Assembly (NCBI GenBank): GCA_028534125.1
Contig: CM052817.1
Coordinates: 9,364,001-9,428,000 of the forward strand
DNA length: 64,000 bases
Direction of reading: 5' to 3'
DNA from: Lama glama
Lineage: Eukaryota
The translations under genes were made by a program, and so were the position numbers. A model generated the notes under the pieces. It worked only from the letters and a program-made list of their open reading frames with translations. It searched no databases and was not told the origin of the DNA. Numbering within the stretch: the stretch's first letter is position 1; each line of letters opens with the position of its first letter. Positions 25,725 to 37,694 of the stretch are shown here, piece after piece.

Positions 25725-26785
25725 AAAGCACTATTGAGAGAATAAAGGGGACCACCAGATTGTAAACCATCTATCTGACAAAGGACATATACCCAACATA
25801 TATAAAGAACTCCTATAGATCAATGAGCAAAAGGGCAGACAACCCCCCAAAAAAGGTAAAATATTTTAACCATAAAGGATATAGAAATATTTAACAAATT
25901 TATTGCAAGGTAATTAACTTCATAAGTCATCAATGAAATACAAGTTAAAACCACAAAGAGATACCTTACACACACACCAGAATGACTAACATTAAAGAGA
26001 CTGATAAGGCCAAGAATTAAAGAAGATGTGGAGCAATTGGGATTCCATGTACTGCAGGTGGAAGTATAAAATGGTACAACCACTTTGGAAAGTGATTTGG
26101 CATTATCTATGAAAGCTGAATATGTATATATAGATAGATATAGATAGATATAGATATAGATATAGATATAGATATAGATATAGATATAGATATAGATATA
26201 GATATAGATATAGATATAAAATGACCCGGTGATTTCACTCCTTAGATACATATTCAACAGAAAATTCATGCATAAGTCACTCAAAAGACTTGTGTTAGAA
26301 AGCAGCACTATCCCTTAGTAGCTAAAAACTGGAAACCAAGAAAATTTCCATTAACTGAAGGACTAAATAAATGTGGTATATTTATATAATGGAATTCTAA
26401 ACAGTAATGAGAATGAACAAAATACTTCTAAACATAGTAACTTGGATGAATTTCAAAATGTAATGTTGAGCAAAAGAAAACAGACCCAAAAGAAGACATA
26501 TTGTATTATTTCATTTACATAAAGTTCACAAATAGGCAAAACTAACCTCTGCTATTAGAGGTCAGGAGAGAGAGTCAGGATAGGAGTTTCCCTTGGAACT
26601 AGTAAGTGACTGGGAGGGAATACAAGGGGCTTCTGAGATGCTGGCAAATTTCGGATTCTTCATCTGAGTGTTAATTACAGAGATGGGTCTAGATTGTGAA
26701 AATTCATTGAGCTGTGCTTCTATGATAAGAGTGATTTGGAGGTTATATGATACATCAATAGAAAGTTTTTTAAGTAAAAAAAATA
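25725..26785 (+). mobile_element. Old L1 (L1ME-like): ORF2 C-terminal remnant plus 3' UTR
   Basis: tatctgacaaaggac...atataaagaactcct; aaatggtacaaccactttggaaa; ttgtgaaaattcattgagctgt. Confidence 0.85.
26127..26218. repeat. (TAGATA)n hexanucleotide microsatellite inside the L1
   Basis: About 11 near-perfect units preceded by TAGA variants. Confidence 0.95.
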
Positions 26786-27239
26786 AAAGGGATAAATTCC
26801 ATAATTTTTTTTTTTGGTATTCTTTCCCTCATGCCAGCCCCAGAGGCTTTTTTTTAAAGCTATGTTAGCTTCTGTTGATTATCCTTTTCTCCAGACTTTC
26901 TCTGTCCTGTATAAGCCACCATTTGATAATGCACTGATTTTTTTCATGGTTTTCTTAATATTTCATTTGCTTTAATATTGCACTGCCAAGTGCATTGTGA
27001 ATTCTAGTACGTGGGAGCTACACTTTGAACTCAGACAGAGAGTAAAGAATGTCAAACCTGCCTGTCTACTCCTCAGACCCCATTATTTAGGGGACCAATG
27101 TTCCCAAGCCTGGCTTTTTCTATACTTATCCCACGTGTTCAGCCTACCCCTGAACTCCTCCTTTATAACATCTGCAGAAAAACCGGTCCCCTTCTCTCTG
27201 GATTACTCTGGCTTCACTGGTTCAGTTTTGTGCAAATTC

Positions 27240-27740
27240 AACAGCTGATCGGTGCTGGATACTCTCTGATGTCCCAGGGATGTGGAGATTATGAAACTGA
27301 TTCCCCAGCCCCAGGCACTCCCTGGATGGCCAGGGAGGATGACTCAGAAAAGGAAAACATGTCATCATTCATTAACCACATGGAAACGGAGAGGAGAGAT
27401 ACCCAAACCCAACTCAGCCGTGGTTGCCTCGGAGAAGGCTTCCAGGGGAGAGAGTCATCCTAGAATTGAGACCTGAAGTGTGAGTAGAAGGTGACCAGGT
27501 GAAGAGGGACGAATGGCTTTTCAAGCAGAGGAAACAGTGAATATAAAATCACAGAATCACAAAACAGCAAAGTGTGCATATGAGTGTGTGTATGTGTGTG
27601 GGGGGATGGAGTTATTATAACCAGGTGAGTATCTCTGGATTCTAAGTGGAGAGAAAGGGAAGGTGGAAAGTGGTCAGTGACAGTACATGAGGCGAAAGAG
27701 TTAAGTAGTCTTGAATGCTAAACTGAGGAGCTTGGAGCCA
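27240..27740 (-). mobile_element. L2 fragment
   Basis: cggagaaggcttccaggggag...ttgagacctgaagtgtgagtagaag...tttcaagcagaggaaacag. Confidence 0.7.
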
Positions 27741-27745
27741 GTAAC

Positions 27746-27905
27746 ACAGGTTGGCACGGGTTGGCAAACTAGATCCAAATGTGACCCGCTGCTCATTTTG
27801 TCAATAAAGTTTTATTGGAACATGGCTGCCTCTGCTCACTGGGCATTGACTATGGCTGTCACTGCACAACAGCGGCAGAGTTAAGCAGTTGCTACAGAGA
27901 CCACA
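27746..27905. mobile_element. MER58A (hAT-Charlie) fragment
   Basis: gggttggcaaacta...aataaagttttattggaaca...gcagagttaagcagttgctacagagacc. Confidence 0.85.
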
Positions 27906-28077
27906 CATCCCAAGCTTTGCCACCCCACAATGTAGAAGATGATGAGCCACTGAGGGGTTCTAAGAAGAAGGAGAGTTACCCTGACACAGCCATGGTCCAT
28001 GCTGTGGAATGAGTACAAATTTGCTTGCTTACACATCAGAGAAGCATCGTCAAAGGCCTTCTTGAGTGGAGGACTGG

Positions 28078-28114
28078 TTTTTTTTTTGTTTTTTTTTTTG
28101 TTTTTTTTTTTTTT
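28078..28114. repeat. Interrupted poly(T) tract
   Basis: T10 G T11 G T14. Confidence 0.9.
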
Positions 28115-30259
28115 GCACCCAGGACTCTACTGAGCACTTGTCCGCATCTGTGGAGACTGGCTGATGTAATGGTTTGTGACTGGGGATGCGACCAGACCCG
28201 AAGAGACTGAACACAAGTAGAACTGAGATGGAGCCCAGCAACCCTGGGCTGCTGTCCTGCAGCAGTGGGCTTGGGTTGGGAAGATATATATAGCATACCA
28301 TCTTCCCCTTTTGAGTTTGAAGGCCAACTGGTAGAAAATCCTAAGGATATAATGAAGAGGAATAAAATTATGATCTTTTATTGGTAGTACTTCCCCCTTG
28401 ATGTAGACAAGCTAACTGCCTCAGAAACAGCAGCCCTGACTGACCCACTCTGCCTGTGAGGACCTGTCCCTGAGTGTTCACATCTGTAAATCAGCAGTGA
28501 CAGAGGGAGACACACTGAGCTCCTTCTCAAGCACACTAATCAGATCGGTCACTGCTCTGTCCCTGGACAGGGAATGGGCGAGAGGCCAGTGGCGTTGCCA
28601 TAATGGAGTTTCTCCACATAGAAACAGGAAGGCAGAGGAAAGGAGCTGTTCCAGCCCCAACACCGGGTTGTCAGTTTCCACTGAAGAACCGTGTCTGCCG
28701 GTGATGTGCTGATGCTACGCTCTGGTGGGACCATCTCTTTGGGGCCATCAGGCCATAGTGGTTTCCTCTTAGAGAGCTGAGGTCCTCATTGTCAGTAATC
28801 CTGGGAGGATGCTGATGCTGAGAAGAGAAACAGGGGCCAGGCGCAAGTCTCAGACTAGGTGAGAATCAGTTTGGCCCAGAGCCTGAAGTGGGAAGATGCC
28901 CAGAGTGTTTGTGGTGGCTGGAGGTTAGCTGGAGGGTGAGGCATTTGGAGGACAGATCCCCAGACAGGCAAGGAGATGGTTTAAGAAGGGACCCTAGGAT
29001 AAGGACAAGCCAGCTAGGAGGAGTTATAAATTATAACCCACTTTGCACAGCCCTTCCACTGCCCTTGAAACTTCAGTGTAATCCTGTTCCATTGTCGGAT
29101 CCCAGTTGGATATTGTATATGGCCCCACCCTGTGAATCAGAGAGGGCAGTAAAAGGAAGACCAATGCCAACTTCCACTGAGGCCAAAATGGGAGAAAGAA
29201 CCATAACCAACCAGCCACCACTGTTCCCAGAAGAAAGGCCATCCCACTGGCCAGTGGAAGCAAAGGCAGCAGCACGGTGGCCCCACAGGACATCTGTGGA
29301 GGACAAAGTCATGGTCATGTCCCTGAGCACATGTAAGTCACCTGGACCTCTCGAAAATAGCCAGCGACACTTTGAGAAGGGCTGCTTCCCACAAATCAAG
29401 TCAGCAGGACTGCAATTGTGCTAATTTGGGTATAAAGGTAAATGAGGTGTTGTTCTGAAGTCACGGGCAGTATGTACAAAACACTGAGCCCACTTGCCAG
29501 CTCATGACAAGCAGTGACGACTCCACAAACAGGGCCTCTTATCATTTTCACTCTTGTGTTATGTTGATCTGCACATCTTGGCTTTCATTTCTCCAGAGTG
29601 ACTGATGGCAGGTCGCTGTGGCTTTAAAGCTACCGGGGGATCCCCGGACAGGCTCCTAACAAGAGTTTGTGGAGCAGCGGGGTTCCCAGTTGTGCTTTGA
29701 GGACAGTAAGAATTCCGCTTTGCAGACAAAAAGCAGCTCTACAAAATGTGGGTCAAGGCGCTGGAAGCTGGGCTGTCGGAGGGTGGTGGGATTGGTCACT
29801 GGATACAAAGTGGGGGGAGGGAGTCGGGAGGGGAGGAAAAGAAGCAGGAAGTTTATGCAAGGTGATTTTGTAGAAGATCAAGCCTGACATATTTTTAGGA
29901 CCTGTATAATAAATGCAAACCAGCCATCTCTCTTAAGAACCTTCTTCGAAATTGCAATAAATTCTCCTTGACAGAAACTCAGTCAAGTCCAGCATGTAAT
30001 CTCCCGCTGTCAAGAAGAGTAATGCCGAGTGGTATATGTTCTTCTACTATTTAAAAAAAAAAAAAAAAGGAGGTTGCTGGCCTGCCTGGGAAGATGGAAG
30101 TTAATTTACCAAAGCTGCTTCTCAAGGATCTGCTTGCTCACCTCGTGGGATATCCTTTTCATCAGTCTTGTGAAAAGTGAATACTTTTAGGGAGGTCCTC
30201 TTTGGCCAGTTCCTTCTAAGATCCCATCTCCTCTGTGAAGCAGGAGTGAGAGGATGTGG

Positions 30260-30480
30260 AGTTGGAGGAACTGGGGGCTTGAACCCTAGCTCTGCTCATT
30301 ACTATTAGCTTTGTGATCTGGAGCAAGTTATTTCCCATATCTGAGTTTCAATAATCTCACCTGTAAACAGGAGCAAGAGTGGTACCAACCTCATAAGCCT
30401 CGTTTTGAGAAACATAAAATTAGGCATGCTTGGTTATTACACTGTGACTTGGCATTCAGTAAGTGCTCAATAAATGTCTA
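30260..30480 (+). mobile_element. MIR SINE
   Basis: gcaagttatttcccatatctgagtttc...ctgtaaa...agtaagtgctcaataaatg. Confidence 0.8.
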
Positions 30481-30503
30481 TTAGTATTGTCATCGCCACA
30501 ATT

Positions 30504-30530
30504 ATCATCACATCATCATCATCATCATCA
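30504..30530. repeat. (CAT)n microsatellite
   Basis: Direct read. Confidence 0.85.
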
Positions 30531-30849
30531 CCTTCATTATTATTGTTATTCTCCACTGTCTTTAGATACATCACTTTTCCCCCAATTCAACTGCAGAGCC
30601 TTAGGGATCCACAGTCATGTTTTGGGGGCCACTGGGGAGAGCGAGGGGGAGTTTGAGATGGGGAAAAAACAAATGGACCTTTTCCCTCTATTTATCCTGA
30701 GTAGTTCTGTTGTGTTTGTGCCCCCTCCTCATTTAATCTTTAAAACTGTATTCTCATTTAGTTGCTCAACAAGTATCCATGGAGAGCTACCCTGCAGCAT
30801 CCCTGTCAGTACACAAATAATCCAAATTGCTACGTTTTAAAGATAAAAT

Positions 30850-32295
30850 AATCTTTCTTGACTGCACATCTTCTTCAACCACTGCCCACTTACCTTCTCC
30901 TCTTCACAGCAAAACTCCCTCAAAGAGCTATGTCCAGTCCCTCAATCCTCTTGCCACCATATCTTTTCTTTTCAGTGCATTTCAGTGAAGCATCCTTCCC
31001 AGCCATCCGAGACTGCTCTTGTCAAAGCCAGCAGTGACCTCTGTGTTGCTAAATTCATGGGTCACTTCTTTCTCCTTGTGGCGCTTGACTCGGGAGCAGC
31101 ATCCAGTGGAGCTGACCCTGCCTTGCCGTATAACACCGGCTTCTTCTGGTGTCCACGTTCTCACATCCTCCAGGTCTTCCAACCATCTAACTATCCTGCC
31201 TTTTCAGTTTTCTTTGTTGATTTCTTCCCAAAGGCTTGAAATGCTCCAGGGCGCTTCCAAAGGCCCCTTCCCTTCTCAGTCTATTCTCTCCCTCAAGGAC
31301 CCCACCTAGTCCAATGGCTTTAAATCCAATCTACAAACTGAATTCCAAATTCTATCCCAAGATTTAACTTCTCTTGTTATATACATATATATTAACTCCT
31401 ATCCAATGCCATCTCCTCTTGGATATATTTTGTTCTTAGGATGCCAAAGGAGAGATTTAACCATGTCACACTCTTATCTAAAATATCTCAAAGGTCTTTA
31501 AGATCTGGCCTCTGCCTCACTCCTCAAGCCTCATTTCTCAACATATTCTGACCCTTCTAACCCTAATCCTCACCCTATGCGCTATGGCCAGTGCAGTTCC
31601 CCATAAATTGAACTGTTTTAAACCTCCTGCACATTTTCCCCATGTTTCTCTTCTTATAGGATACAGTTTCTCTCCTTCTTTGTTGGTTTCCTACTAATTT
31701 CTGAAGACAGCTCAGGCATTGTTTAGGCATCAATCAGACCCTAAGTTCCTTCCTTGTTGCTCCCTTGGAACCTTCGTCACTTGTCCTGTACTTAGCAGTT
31801 GCTTGTATTGTGGTTCCTCCTCATCTGTCTCTTAGTCCAGGCTGCTATAAAAAAAAAAAAAAAGTACCATCCACTGGGTGGTTTAAACAGCAAGCATTTA
31901 CTTCTCGCAGTTCTGGAACCTGAGACATTCAAGATCAAGGTGCTGGCAGGCCCAGTGTCTGGTGAGAACCCTCCAGCTGGTTTGCAATCATGATCTTGCT
32001 GTGTCTTCAAGTTCTTTTCTATCTCTGCATATAGGGGCGTTAATTCCATCATGAGAGCTCCACCCTCACAGCCTAATTATATCCCAGGAGCCTCAGTTCC
32101 AAATACCGTCATGTTGGGAACTAGGGCTTCAAGATATGGGTTTGAGGGGGACACAAACCTTTAGTCCATAGTGCTAGCTCTTCCCTTCGCCAGGGTGGAA
32201 GCATCTCAAAAGGAGGGTCTGTGTCCTCCAGTCCCGTGGTCCCAGCACCTGCCACGGTGTCCTGCAAACTACAGCAGCATTTACATTTACTGACA
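30850..32295 (+). mobile_element. L2 LINE remnant with reverse-transcriptase homology, interrupted by MLT1A
   Basis: ORF 30985 peptide SETALVKASSDLCVAKFMGHFFLLVALDSGAA resembles the L2 RT motif STETALxKVxNDL...LLDLSAAFDTVDH; L2 3' end resumes after 32173. Confidence 0.8.
31826..32173 (-). mobile_element. ERVL-MaLR solo LTR (MLT1A0-like)
   Basis: ggctgctataa...ctgggtggtttaaaca...cagttctgga...caagatcaaggtgctggcag...gggggacacaaac. Confidence 0.88.
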
Positions 32296-32859
32296 GCCGA
32301 CTGTGTACCAGGTGCTGGACCCAGTGTTCAGAAGGATGCAGCCGTTAGGGAGAGTGTTTCCTCCTCATTCTTGACGTTTCTTCCCATGTGGAGGGAACTC
32401 TCACAGCACTTCTGTCCTCTCCTCCCCAAGAAAAACGAAGTGACTTTTCTGATTGGAGGTTGGAAGGGGAAATTGGGCATAGGTGGTTCAGCTCCATGTT
32501 CTTCGGTTTCTCATAAGAGAGAGCTGTCTGCAGCAAGCAATTTTTTCTTTACGTCAAAACGCTTCAGTGGCTAGAGAGGTCAGCCTTCCTAATTCTGGAG
32601 GTGGTGGTCTCTGGATCTCAGTTTCTGATTTTCGATATCAGCTTTATCAGTTTAGTTTTTTAAAGTGATATGGTGACCCCTGTCTAATGGCTCTTTTACG
32701 GTTATTTCTCATTTGGTTCAGAGTCCAGCTGAGGGAATGAGGGCTACTGGGTACACACGCCGAGACCACAACGCTTAGGAAGTCATCAGTGTCATTAGCC
32801 CACCCAGCAGGTTCTCAGTAAAAGTTGGTTAAACTCAAAGGAAATAAAGTCTAATACAT

Positions 32860-33280
32860 GTATGCGTCCAGGTGGAGTAGGTCATGCTTTGGTAACAAAT
32901 TAAACATGAAAGCCATGACTTACACACACACACACACACACACACTAGTTTTTTCTCGCATGCCACACATCCAGTACAGCTTGCTGGGGGAGACTCTGTT
33001 CCCCAGAGACTCTCAAGAACCCAGCCTTAAGGACTCACCCCCATGTTATGATTATGTCCTTTCAGCAATAAGGGGTATTTAGAAGCTTATATCATCCCTA
33101 CTGCTTCCAACCGGAAGTGACACATTCACTTTGGACAGAATAAGTAATATGGACAGAATATTTGGACAGAATAAGTAATATTGGACAGAATAAGTAATAT
33201 GGCTCTGTTCTAGCTACAAGTAGGGCTGGGACATGTAGCAGAGCACGTGGGATACTCGGCAAGCCTGACTGACGCTGCCA
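32860..33280 (-). mobile_element. Old MaLR LTR (MLT1-like) with a (CA)n tract and an internal tandem duplication
   Basis: ccggaagtgacacattcactt...ggc...agctacaag...ggctgggacatgtag; (CA)n at 32922-32945. Confidence 0.6.
33131..33202. repeat. Tandem repeat of about 20 bp (ttggacagaataagtaata)
   Basis: Three full units and one truncated unit. Confidence 0.9.
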
Positions 33281-33999
33281 CAGGGCCCTTGAACGCCATA
33301 AAGCACAGTTCTGGAGACGTGGAACTCTTGACTGGACCTCATGGTGGATGGAATGGGCACTGTGTGAAATGAGAGAGGGAGAGGAGACCAGACGTAATGT
33401 GCAGGAAACGGTCAGGCCAGTGGAACTGGAGGCTCCCCTACCGAACACTCGGTTTCCTTATTTATAAAATGAAGAAAATATTTCCTGCTTCATAGGGTCT
33501 TGTGATGATTAAGTCAGTTAAAATGTAGGGAGTGCCAAGCACAGGAACTGGCTTTTATTTAACATTCAAGAAATGTGACTTTCTATCACCTTGTTGACTT
33601 TAAGATCATACAACCCCTTTGATTTCTGCTAAATACTACGCATATCTAAAGATATGCAGATTTTTCCCCAAATTATTCCTCAGAACAAAGGAAGCCGTAC
33701 TTTCAAGGGCATCCAAGGGCTCTCATTTTACAGGAGTTCTTTTCATTACTTTATTTGGAACAAAGCAGAACTATTTGTCAAGATACATTAGTCTGTCTTG
33801 TAGTCAATTAATGCTGATTTTCAAAGTGATGGAGGTCACCTGACGGCACTGGATTTTTTAAAGGAGGAAAAGGAATTTGACATGGATTTAGTCATCATTT
33901 CTGGGGAGAGGGTATGGTTTTCCAGATGGAAGCACAGGTTATTGTTTTAAACAAACCAATTAAAGATGACTTTAAAAATGAATTTAAATGAAAAGAAAT

Positions 34000-34348
34000 A
34001 AAACACTGTTACAGGCTGTAACTTGGATGAACTTTGAAAACATAATCTAAGTGAAAGAAGCCAGTCACAAAGAAACATATTATATAATTACATTTATATG
34101 AAGTATCCAGAACAGGCAAATCTATGGAGAGAGAAAGTAAATGGTGCTCGCCCAGGCCAGGGGGTCTGGAAGAGTTGTGGAGTAACTAATAGCAGATACT
34201 GAGTGTCCTTTTGGGGTGAGGAAAAATGCTAAAATTGATTGAGGACATGGTTGCAACTCTTTAAATATTCTAAAGCCATTGAATTGTGCACTTTAAACAG
34301 ATGAATTACATGTTATGTGAATTATATCTCCATGAAGTTGTTACAAAA
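34000..34348 (+). mobile_element. L1MB-type 3' UTR
   Basis: tggatgaactttgaaaacata...ctaagtgaaagaagccagtcacaa...ccattgaattgtgcactttaaa. Confidence 0.85.
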
Positions 34349-35147
34349 ACAACTTACTAAGTGGTTACCCTATCAATATTATATACAAATAATCAAAGAA
34401 AAATAATGCAAATGGGTATTAATTGCTTGGAATAAAATGTACAGGAACAGCATTGTGGACCCAAGAAGCTTTGAATCCCAAATAACTTGGGTGGGAATGG
34501 AGCTGGTGTGGTCTGGACATCCTTAAGAATCCAGAAAGGGGACCTAGACATGACTGAAAAGAGACATCAAGGAGGCATCTAGAGGGTTGAATGAAGCTGT
34601 TTCATGAAATGCAATAGGAGAAAAAATGTTTAATATATCATTTTAGGTACTACTGTTCATATCAGAAAATATTGTGTCTATGTTAACATGTTTCATAAAT
34701 AAATGTATATAGTAACTAAATTGATAATGTGGTAAATGGGCACTTGACCATGTCATCCACTCCCCTAACATTTATTTAACCAGATTGGCCACATAGTTGA
34801 AGGGACTGTTACATTAGAAAAATGGAGTTTCAACTGAGAGTAGCAGCACCCTAGGATCCCGAAGTTACACAGAACAAGGAAGAGCCCTAACTGTGTTGGA
34901 GAATCCTGCCAGTCTTCTTGGCCACATGGCTCTCCACACCAGGAGATTCAGGCTATGCCTGATTTAGAGGGAATATTTCTTGAAGACACAGACTGCCTAG
35001 ACCAGTGCCAGATCTAAGTAGGCACTACTAAAAAATGGTTGTTCAAAGGGTATTGCAGCTATGAATTCTGCTCCTAGAATATTGACCTTTCTGTGCTAGA
35101 ACAGTTCAAATGAAGACGAGACGACCAATCACCTGCCAGTAATTCTG

Positions 35148-35587
35148 TAGTTTCATGTTTTCAGACTGCAGATTGCAACACATTAGTGAGACATGAATCA
35201 ATTTAATGGGTACCCAACCAGCACTGACATATATTATATCTTATACATTTTATATCTTATGTGTGTGTATATATATATTATACACATATTCAGATCATAT
35301 GTTCTGATCATATATAATAGAAGAAATCAAAATTCAAAACAATACAGAATACAATAGATGAAATTAGAATACAATACAATAGAAGAACACAATGGAATAC
35401 AATAGAAGAAATTAGAATAAGATTGAATTGATGGTACATATTGTACATGGTAAGGGTAAGTATTATTTCCTGAAAATCTTTTTTCAGAGGTGGGTGTGTG
35501 TGTATGCATATGAACATGTTTGATTTAAAACATGTAAAATTTATTTCTTACGCAATTTGCAGTTTAAGAATCTTTGAGATACACTGT
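35148..35587. mobile_element. hAT-Charlie MER-type DNA transposon with internal AT-rich repeat expansion
   Basis: cattagtg...aatcaatttaatggg; gtaagggtaagtattatttc; ends tttgagatacactg. Confidence 0.55.
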
Positions 35588-36918
35588 GGTGGAAGAAACT
35601 CCTGCAGTGGGTGGGAGGCAGGATGAGACGACCCCTAAGGTTCCACTTAGTTCTTGGTTGATAATTCTGGAATTCTCAGCACTGAAGAAGGAAAAAAGTG
35701 AGGCTCCTCCAAGACCGAGGAGATGGGGTGTCACCCTGCACTACTCAAACACACACATAAGAAGCAAACGCCCAACCATGCAGCAATTACAAACACACTG
35801 CGTGTTCCTCAGCTCCAACGGGAATGCACTGGAGAAGCAAAATCCAGAAATCCTTCCCTTGCTGTAACAGGAAAGCATTTCAGGGGTTTAAGTCACAAGT
35901 CTAATGAATCTAAATGGCCAGACTATTTAAATTTCTAGACAGAGGAGGCTTGTAATCAGTAAACTTCTTACCAAGAGTTCCTCCTCAGGCCCCTCATTTG
36001 TGTTAATAAACTTCTCAGCAGTAGGTCCCTTACCACTGATAATATTTTCAACAATGCGTTGGTGCCAACTCTGGGGCTATACAGCGCACTACAATTGGAG
36101 ACATGGATACAGTCTGACCACAGAGTGCTGGAAAACCTCTTAAAAATTCCAAAACAAGTTTAAAAAACGAGTTAGGTTTTCTTCCTCTTAAAGGATGAAG
36201 ACACACCACTTGGCAAGAAGCTCTGTGAGTGGTATGTCATTATAAACATCTTTAGCTTTTGTGAAATAAAGTGACTGAAACTAAAACAATCTGGTTAAGT
36301 CATTAACTCTGCAACTCTTCAACTCCTGAAAGCAACAGTCCAACTTAAAACAATAAGTTAATATTCACTGCGCACAAACTAAGTACCAGTCATCATGGTA
36401 AGTGCTATGGGCTGGTTGGAAAGTCTGGTTGACAAAGAGTTCCTGCTGCGTCTCCAGGATGTGCAGTTTAATAGTGGAAGTGGCCTGAACTCAAAGAACA
36501 AACACAGAGGACAACTATATAGAAAGGATTAATCTTTTCTGGGTCAAAACCTTTTCAGATGCAATCAAAGCCATACACACCTTCACCAAAAAAAATGCCC
36601 ATACACACACCCAATGCATTTGTTTGCAATTTAATTGTAACATGTGGATTTGGGGTTCCACATAATTAATTTCAGAGAAGTTTAATAAAAGTTAAATGGA
36701 AGAGAGAAAAACAAATTTACAACAGAAGCTCTCTTAATCCAACCTCTTCGTTACCAACTCACTGGCTTAAGTCTTGTTTTTCATTTTCTTTTTAAAAGAT
36801 ACCAAGTGTTGCTGGAGTGTGTTGAATGTTCCCTATCTGGATATAGATGACTCACTATGTGTATTTCTGTTCCTGCCATTTAGTTTTTAACTGACCAAGA
36901 GTCAGAGGTGTTTGGTCC

Positions 36919-37362
36919 TGACTTAGCTCTGGCTGTCATACAAAATACAACAGACTGAATGACTTAACCAACGGAAATGTATTCTCTCACAGTTCTGGAG
37001 GTTTGAAGTTCCAAGATCGAGGCAATTTGGTTTCTAATCTGGTTTTTGGTGAGGTCTCTCCTCCTGGCTTGTAGGCATCCACCATCTTGCTGTGTGTTCG
37101 CATGACCTCTTCTTTGTGGGCACATGGAAAGGGAGAGAAGGAGAGAGAAGGAGAGAAAATGCTCAAGCTGTCTGATGTCTCTTCTTCTAAGGACATTAAT
37201 GCTATCAGATCAAGGGCCCCCTCTTATGATCTCATTTAACCATAATTATTTCTTTAGAAGCCCTGTCTCCAAATAAAGGTGCACTAGGAGATAGGGCTCC
37301 AACATGTGAATTTGATGGTGTGGGAAGGGGATGATTTGGACACAAACATTCAGTCCATAACA
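36919..37362 (-). mobile_element. ERVL-MaLR solo LTR (MLT1A/B-like)
   Basis: TG...CA ends; ctcacagttctggagg; ggacacaaacattcagtccataaca; flanks ggtcc/gctcc fit a 5-bp TSD at 4 of 5 positions. Confidence 0.88.
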
Positions 37363-37441
37363 GCTCCCAATCCTGATTTACACTGGCAATTACATAATTT
37401 GCCTAATAAAATGTAAATCCAGGTAAAACAAATATGAGCTC

Positions 37442-37560
37442 TGTAGTAGGCAGAATAATGGTTTCCCAAAGATGCACACACCCACATCCCCACAACCTGT
37501 GAAAATGCTAGATTACATGACAAAGGAAAATTAAGGTTACAGATGGAATTAAGATGCAAC
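37442..37560 (+). mobile_element. MLT1D/E 5' fragment
   Basis: tgtagtaggcagaataatgg...attaaggttacagatggaattaag. Confidence 0.75.
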
Positions 37561-37694
37561 TGCTTTTAATACCTACGTTTTTTTCCCCATAAGAACTTGA
37601 GTAATGCTTTGGAAAGACTTAATAACAAGGTAAGTCAAAGTAAACATTTGCTGCCATATTAGATGCAGGACAGACTCATTTTAAAATTTTGGTG

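Noticed and set aside
25820..26308. ORF with (YI)n repeat
   Set aside because: Translation of the TAGATA microsatellite within antisense L1.
28066..28160. Possible tiny retrocopy: poly(T) flanked by gtggaggactgg / gtggagactgg
   Set aside because: The repeat is imperfect, lacks L1 endonuclease context and a polyadenylation signal, and the 35-nt body is unrecognised.
28888..29424. 178-aa ORF
   Set aside because: GTG start, no homology recognised, no convincing splice boundaries.
30463..30840. Poly-His ORF
   Set aside because: (CAT)n microsatellite at the end of a MIR.
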